Below, in pieces: positions 25,040 through 30,434 of a DNA stretch of 30,434 nucleotides. Numbering within the stretch: the first letter of the stretch is position 1; each line of letters starts with the position of its first letter. Below the pieces are notes generated by a model, which did no database searches, was not told the DNA's origin, and worked only from the letters and a program-made list of their open reading frames with translations. The DNA lies in IMG/VR virus record IMGVR_UViG_3300017722_001674, positions 1 to 30,434 of that record; one strand, written 5' to 3'. The DNA is from a virus. Its lineage: Duplodnaviria > Caudoviricetes. A program made the translations under genes and the position numbers.

Positions 25040-27388
25040 ATGGCCATGACGAAATCCGAGCGTTGGAACGCCATTCACTACGAGGCGCTGGTCGAATTCG
25101 ACGCGATCAATTCGGCGGTGCGTGATGAGCGATTGCAGGCGCTGGACGACCGGCGGTTCTATTCGATTGCTGGCGCTCAATGGGAAGGCCCTCTGACTGA
25201 GCAGTTTGAGAACCGCCCGAAGATGGAAGTCAACAAGATCCATTTATCGGTTATTCGTATAATTAACGAATATCGGGCAAACCGAATTACGGTCGATTTT
25301 ATCTCCAAGGAAGGCGACGAGTACGACAAGCTGGCCGACACATGCGACGACCTGTACCGCGCTGACGAGCAGGATTCCGGCGCTGAAGAGGCTTATGACA
25401 ACGCATTTGAAGAGGCTGTCGGCGGCGGGTTCGGTGCCTGGCGTCTGCGGACTGTTTACGAAGACGAGGCGGACGAGGAAGACGAAAAGCAGCGGATCAG
25501 GATCGAGCCGATCTTTGACGCTGATTCGAGCGTGTTCTTTGACCTAAACGCCAAGCGCCAGGACAAGGCTGACGCCAAATCAGCGTATGTGCTCACGGCG
25601 ATGACGCCAGCGGCTTACGAGGCGCAGTACAAGCAATCGCCTGCATCGTGGGAAAAAACCATCGAGCGCACCGAGTTTGATTGGCTCACGCCCGATATCG
25701 TTTACGTCTGCGAATATTACAAGGTTGAAGAAAAAGCTGAGCTGATCCACGTCTACCGCGATCTGGGCGGCGAGGAAGAGCGATACGCAGACGCGGAACT
25801 AACCGAAGAAAAGCTAGCCGAACTGGACGCTATCGGGTCGGTGAAGGTGCGCCAGAAGCGTGTCAAGCGTAACCGGGTCCATAAATATATCTTGAGCGGC
25901 GGCGGCGTACTCGAAGACTGCGGTTATATCGCGGGCAAGAATATCCCGATCGTGCCTGTCTATGGCAAGCGGTGGTTCGTCGATAACATCGAACGCAGCA
26001 TGGGCCACGTGCGTTTGGCGAAAGACGCGCAACGCCTCAAGAACATGCAGCTATCTAAGCTGGCCGAAATTTCCGCGCTGTCGTCCGTGTCTAAGCCGAT
26101 CCTGTTCCCCGAACAGGTCGCAGGCCACCAAGTGATGTGGTCCGAGGATAACGTCAAGAATTACCCATACCTGTTGATCAACCCCGTCACCGGCCAAGAC
26201 GGGCAACAGGCGCTGACTGGGCCGACGGCTTACACTAAGGCCCCTGAAATCCCGCCTGCGATGGCGGCTTTGTTACAGATCACCGAGCAGGACATGCGCG
26301 ACGTCTTGGGGAACCAGGAGCAGGGCGAGAAGACCGTTTCGAATATCAGCGCCAAGGCGATTGAGCTAATCCAGACCAAACTGGATATGCAGACCCAAAT
26401 CTATGTGACGAACATGGCGAAGGCGATTAAGCGGTCCGGTGAGATCTGGCTGTCGATGGCGAAAGATATTTTCGTCGAGGAAGGCCGCAAGATGAAGGGG
26501 ATCGCTAGTGACGGCACCCTAAAGAAAATTGAACTCATGCGTCCCGTGATTAACGAAAAGACCGGCGAGACTGAGACCGAGAACGATTTGTCTGACGCTG
26601 ATTTTGATATCGCGGTTGACGTCGGGCCGTCGTCGTCGAGCAGGCGCCAGTCAACGGTTCGCAGCCTGACGAATATGCTAGCGATCACTACCGATCCTGA
26701 GACCGCCCAAGTGTTGCAGGCGATGACGATGTTAAACATGGAAGGCGAGGGGATCGCGGACGTTCGCGATTACTTCCGCGCCAAGATGGTTAAGATGGGC
26801 GTGATTAAGCCGAACGAGGAAGAGGCGGCGGCGATGGCTGAGGCGGCTCAGAATCAAGAGCCTGATCCGCAGCAGCAGTATCTGTTAAGCGCGGCCAAGG
26901 AAGCCGAGGCCAAGGCGTTGAAGACGGCGGCTGACACGAAGCTGACCGAGGCGAAGACGCTAGAGACGCTTGCGGGTATTGAAGGCTCACAGATGGCGCA
27001 GGAAGCCCCTGCACCGGCTCCGGCACCACAGCCTGCCCAGCCTGTCCAAGCGGCTCTAGCGGCCCCCGTAGAAGATCCTGAGACGAAAGCATTGGCTCGC
27101 GAAAAGGCCCAGCTTGAAATCGACATTCTGCGGGTTGATCTGGAAACCAAGATCCGCAAGCTGGAAACGCCAGAACCTCCAGAGGAAGAGCCGAACCATC
27201 CCGAAGCAGACGCTGCGATGGCGATTGCCGAAGCGGTCGATGGCCTGGCGGAAGGCGTCAGCGAATTTAAATCAGTCGTCGAAAACATGACGATTTCTAA
27301 CCAAGAGAATGCAAAAGGTGCTATAGAGGCGGTACGAAGTCCTAAGCGCGTGATACGTGAAAAAGGCCGAATTGTCGGGATTGAATAG
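25040..27388 (+). CDS. Portal protein, P22-like, with extended C-terminus
   Basis: Follows terL. GAQW, EAVGGGFGAWR, IPIVPVYG, GHVRLAKDAQRLKN and DVGPSSSSRR motifs. Gln/Ala helical barrel region. Confidence 0.92.
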   Translation: MAMTKSERWNAIHYEALVEFDAINSAVRDERLQALDDRRFYSIAGAQWEGPLTEQFENRPKMEVNKIHLSVIRIINEYRANRITVDFISKEGDEYDKLADTCDDLYRADEQDSGAEEAYDNAFEEAVGGGFGAWRLRTVYEDEADEEDEKQRIRIEPIFDADSSVFFDLNAKRQDKADAKSAYVLTAMTPAAYEAQYKQSPASWEKTIERTEFDWLTPDIVYVCEYYKVEEKAELIHVYRDLGGEEERYADAELTEEKLAELDAIGSVKVRQKRVKRNRVHKYILSGGGVLEDCGYIAGKNIPIVPVYGKRWFVDNIERSMGHVRLAKDAQRLKNMQLSKLAEISALSSVSKPILFPEQVAGHQVMWSEDNVKNYPYLLINPVTGQDGQQALTGPTAYTKAPEIPPAMAALLQITEQDMRDVLGNQEQGEKTVSNISAKAIELIQTKLDMQTQIYVTNMAKAIKRSGEIWLSMAKDIFVEEGRKMKGIASDGTLKKIELMRPVINEKTGETETENDLSDADFDIAVDVGPSSSSRRQSTVRSLTNMLAITTDPETAQVLQAMTMLNMEGEGIADVRDYFRAKMVKMGVIKPNEEEAAAMAEAAQNQEPDPQQQYLLSAAKEAEAKALKTAADTKLTEAKTLETLAGIEGSQMAQEAPAPAPAPQPAQPVQAALAAPVEDPETKALAREKAQLEIDILRVDLETKIRKLETPEPPEEEPNHPEADAAMAIAEAVDGLAEGVSEFKSVVENMTISNQENAKGAIEAVRSPKRVIREKGRIVGIE

Positions 27389-27396
27389 GAGCCATC

Positions 27397-27828
27397 ATGG
27401 CAAAGTCGATCACTACTTGTAACAATCTATTGAAACTACTGTTTAACGCCACCGCTTGGGCCACCATCGCGGACAACGCGGCGGCATCGCCTTTGACCAA
27501 CCTGTATATTAGCCTTCACACGGCTGACCCAGGCACTGGCAACAGTCAGAACACTAACGAGACCGGATACACTAACTACGCTCGCGTCGCAGTCGTGCGG
27601 ACCAATGTGGGCTGGACTGTCGCGACCAACACGGCGGTAAACGCGGCTCTGGTCCAGTTTCCGCAGTGCGGCGCTTCGGGCGCTACATTGACCCACGTTG
27701 CTATCGGTACGGCGGCGTCAGGCGTCGGCAACGTGCTCTATGCGGGTCCGCTAAACAGCTCGCTAGCCGTTGCGTCTGGTATCCAGCCACAGTTTAACGC
27801 TTCCTCGCTCACAGTGACGGAAACCTAA
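27397..27828 (+). CDS. Virion structural protein (fibre-associated, LYISLHTADP..YARVAV family)
   Basis: Recognisable motifs LYISLHTADPG, YARVAV, FPQC and THVAIG. Thr/Ala/Asn-rich. Confidence 0.65.
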   Translation: MAKSITTCNNLLKLLFNATAWATIADNAAASPLTNLYISLHTADPGTGNSQNTNETGYTNYARVAVVRTNVGWTVATNTAVNAALVQFPQCGASGATLTHVAIGTAASGVGNVLYAGPLNSSLAVASGIQPQFNASSLTVTET

Positions 27829-27830
27829 GC

Positions 27831-28001
27831 ATGACCCAGCCAAATCTAGCTAAGGGCGACGAGCCTCTGTATTCTTGCGTCGAGTGTGAAGGCCCCGTGT
27901 TTCTGGTGGACGACGTTGTGTATAAGCCCTGCGGCCATACGGCGGCTGCGGTGCTGGCAAATCTGACGGCGATCTTGCGCGGCACGTCAGAGGTGAAATA
28001 G
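27831..28001 (+). CDS. 56-aa putative Zn-binding protein (CxxC...CxH); not in ORF track
   Basis: Hand translation MTQPNLAKGDEPLYSCVECEGPVFLVDDVVYKPCGHTAAAVLANLTAILRGTSEVK. Fills the gap exactly. Confidence 0.65.
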   Translation: MTQPNLAKGDEPLYSCVECEGPVFLVDDVVYKPCGHTAAAVLANLTAILRGTSEVK

Positions 28002-28882
28002 TGGCGATCAGATCCTACAAAGATTTGGTGGACGCGGAGGAAAACGGACAAACCTTTATCGGTGCGTTCCGTAAAACCATCACCGCAGCCACAGGCCAAG
28101 GCGCATGGTTTGACGTGACGTTAAGTCCTGGCAACCCGCTGCCATTTTACTACGCCTCATCGCCCTTGTTTGGTTTGCCATTAAGCCAATCGGTTAATGG
28201 CGGTATGCCGCACAATCTGCCGGTCGGTCAGTTAGGATATAAAACCTACCTTAAAACCTTCACGGTTTCCCCTACGGCGGCGGGCTTGTTTTGCACGGGC
28301 CCCATGATCCTAATGGATTATCTATTCTATTATCCGTTTATCGACACGGGCACGACGGACGAGCAGTATCTAGGCCAAGCCGATCAACTTCCGCGCTACG
28401 TTGACGGCAAAGGCGTGCAAGTCATGGCTGTTCAAATGGCTGGTATGCTTGGAACGGGAAACCCGACTTTCCGCTTCACCTACATGAACCAAAACGACAT
28501 TCCAAAAACAAGCCCAACACAGACATGTGGGTCGGCATCGCTAGTTGGGGAGCTGGCAACGGGAAACAACAGTTTAACATCCCAGCCAAACAGCAACTAT
28601 CCGTTCTTAACGCTGTGTCCGGGCGATACGGGAGTGCGCTCGATCTTGTCAGTGACCTTTGACACTGCGGATATTGGGCTATTGGCGTTTGTGCTGGTTA
28701 AGCCTATTGAACAAATCATCTTGCGTGAAACTCTTACAACTGGCGAGCGAACACCTGTAACAGATTTCTTTGATTTGCCTGTCATTGAAGACGACGCCTA
28801 TTTGTCTATCCTGCTTAACGGTGGTCAAGGTCTCGCGACACAATGCGGCTACATCGGCACAATTCAAACGGTTTGGGGATAA
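28001..28882 (+). CDS. Putative structural beta-rich protein, paralog A
   Basis: Shares LPRY..G.GVQ, PF..L..GDTG.RSI.S, VL.KPI and a terminal V.WG/VWG with the next gene. Confidence 0.6.
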   Translation: MAIRSYKDLVDAEENGQTFIGAFRKTITAATGQGAWFDVTLSPGNPLPFYYASSPLFGLPLSQSVNGGMPHNLPVGQLGYKTYLKTFTVSPTAAGLFCTGPMILMDYLFYYPFIDTGTTDEQYLGQADQLPRYVDGKGVQVMAVQMAGMLGTGNPTFRFTYMNQNDIPKTSPTQTCGSASLVGELATGNNSLTSQPNSNYPFLTLCPGDTGVRSILSVTFDTADIGLLAFVLVKPIEQIILRETLTTGERTPVTDFFDLPVIEDDAYLSILLNGGQGLATQCGYIGTIQTVWG

Positions 28883-28885
28883 ATC

Positions 28886-30007
28886 ATGGCTTTACAGTCA
28901 ATGGATCAAATTATCAGCGCGATTACTGCCTCGCAGTTTAACCGCACTGACTGGAACAAAAACGCCTTGCCAGTCACCGCGCAGGTCGCGGGCCAATGGT
29001 ACGATCTGAGCACGGGAGCGGGCAATCCGTTTCAGAACTCGACGCACGGATCGACGACGAACCTAGCGTTTCAGGCCCTGTCCGATACGACGTCTATCGG
29101 CGCCACGACGGCGGCGCTGGGCGGCTCTATCGCTGGTACGGTGTTTACCGACACGACCCACGGCACAAACCGTTTCACAATCGGTATGTTGCTCTCAGGA
29201 ACGGGTGTCACGGCGGGCACCTACATCGTCTCGCTAGGCACGGGTACAGGTGCCAACAACGGCGGTACTTATAACGTCAACATTTCTCAGACCGTCACAT
29301 CGCAAACCATCACCGGAACAGCGACAACTAACGGTCTGTATACGGGCGGTGCGGTAGCGCCATCAATCAAAAACATTTTGAACGTCTCGGCGTTCTCAGC
29401 GGCGGCAACTACGGCCCCGGCGACACTCATGCTGGTCGATCAGGTTGCAATGTTCACCGTGTCGTCAGTCACCACCACGGGCGCACAGTCATTCACCGGG
29501 ACGCAGACCCTGCCTCGCTATGCTACAGGCGCGGGTGTTCAAGCGTTCATCGTGCCCTCGGTAGTCATGGGTGCGGGTACGCCAACCATCCAGCTAAATT
29601 ACACTAACGCGGCGGGCGTATCGGGCCGTTTGACGCCTGCCAGCCCCTCGCTACCCATCGCCAACACGGCATCACCTGTCGGGGCGCTGGTCCATACGGG
29701 AACGGGTGCGGGTAAGTTTGGCCCATTCATGCCGCTGGCATCGGGAGACACGGGTATTCGCTCTATCCAGTCAATCAACCTTTCGGCCACAATGACCTCT
29801 GGCTCACTGGTCGTCGTTCTCGCCAAGCCAATATTTACGCTGCCTATCACTACGGTCGGCGTGGCATCTGAGCGCGATCTGGTTAATCAGCTTCCATCCA
29901 TGCCCCGTATTTTTGACGGTGCCAATCTACAATGGCTCATGTATGCGGGCGCGGCAACCCCTATTAACTCCGCCTTTTACGGCTCCATTGACGTAGCGTG
30001 GGGCTAA
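28886..30007 (+). CDS. Putative structural beta-rich protein, paralog B, with an inserted Gly/Thr-rich domain
   Basis: Same motifs as paralog A plus an insertion of ~78 aa. Confidence 0.6.
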   Translation: MALQSMDQIISAITASQFNRTDWNKNALPVTAQVAGQWYDLSTGAGNPFQNSTHGSTTNLAFQALSDTTSIGATTAALGGSIAGTVFTDTTHGTNRFTIGMLLSGTGVTAGTYIVSLGTGTGANNGGTYNVNISQTVTSQTITGTATTNGLYTGGAVAPSIKNILNVSAFSAAATTAPATLMLVDQVAMFTVSSVTTTGAQSFTGTQTLPRYATGAGVQAFIVPSVVMGAGTPTIQLNYTNAAGVSGRLTPASPSLPIANTASPVGALVHTGTGAGKFGPFMPLASGDTGIRSIQSINLSATMTSGSLVVVLAKPIFTLPITTVGVASERDLVNQLPSMPRIFDGANLQWLMYAGAATPINSAFYGSIDVAWG

Positions 30008-30008
30008 A

Positions 30009-30434
30009 ATGGCTTTGGTCGGGAATTACTCTAATTTCAACAAACTGCCGCTAAGGTATTTTGGCGCTGGTGGTCCCAACAATTTCGGGGCCATCCAGTC
30101 CGGTAATCAGAGTAATTTCGTCCAGTCCGGTCGGCGGCGTAACCGCATGATGCAGGACCAAACGACCACGGCGCTGACACTATACGCGCTGCCAAATGGC
30201 AGTTATCCAACCCTGTCGTTTTTCATCCCACAACAAGCAGGGAGTATCGGGTCAAGCAATCAGATTTACGGCAACGGGGTATCTGAGGGTAATCTAGCGG
30301 GCGGCTTGCCGACTGACGCGAATCTAGACGGCGCGGGCGATATCACCAACGGCAACCTGACCCTCATCGCCCAGCTTATCGCGTCCATCACGGGCGCGGG
30401 CGACGTAACACCGCCGCCATCACTGGTCGGCAAG
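30009..30434 (+). CDS. Putative fibre-like structural protein, truncated by the window end; not in ORF track
   Basis: Open from ATG 30009 to the end (MALVGNYSNFNKLPLRYFG...ANLDGAGDITNGNL..ASITGAGDVT), with emerging GxG repeats. Confidence 0.6.
   Translation, partial: MALVGNYSNFNKLPLRYFGAGGPNNFGAIQSGNQSNFVQSGRRRNRMMQDQTTTALTLYALPNGSYPTLSFFIPQQAGSIGSSNQIYGNGVSEGNLAGGLPTDANLDGAGDITNGNLTLIAQLIASITGAGDVTPPPSLVGK

Noticed and set aside
27004-27048. GCACCG-type tandem repeat as a DNA-level element
   Set aside because: It is explained by the Pro/Ala linker in the portal extension.

Overview
This window is a ~30 kb segment of a tailed dsDNA phage genome with a P22/Sf6-like podovirus architecture, probably circularly permuted. 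The host is Gram-negative (spanins are present) and possibly an alphaproteobacterium. From left to right it holds: three ejection (DNA-transfer) proteins; a tailspike; a lysis cassette interrupted by an HTH-metallophosphoesterase; a ~300 bp non-coding junction that appears to carry two convergent small-RNA genes; a leftward RecE/RecT-like recombination operon ending in an Xis/AlpA-like HTH; and a rightward early/replication region. That region includes an SF2 helicase, an SSB-like protein, a DUF3310 gene with an in-frame stop, VRR-NUC, small genes joined by shared junction repeats, an RNAP alpha-CTD-like protein, a PAPS-reductase-like protein, an XRE HTH, a primase-helicase and a likely origin. 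It is followed by an acidic protein, an SNF2-helicase/DNA-methyltransferase pair, a moron, terS, terL, a portal with a long C-terminal extension, and an accessory structural module with two paralogous genes. No capsid, scaffold, integrase, tRNA or CRISPR array was seen. All family calls come from motif recognition by eye, not from database searches.
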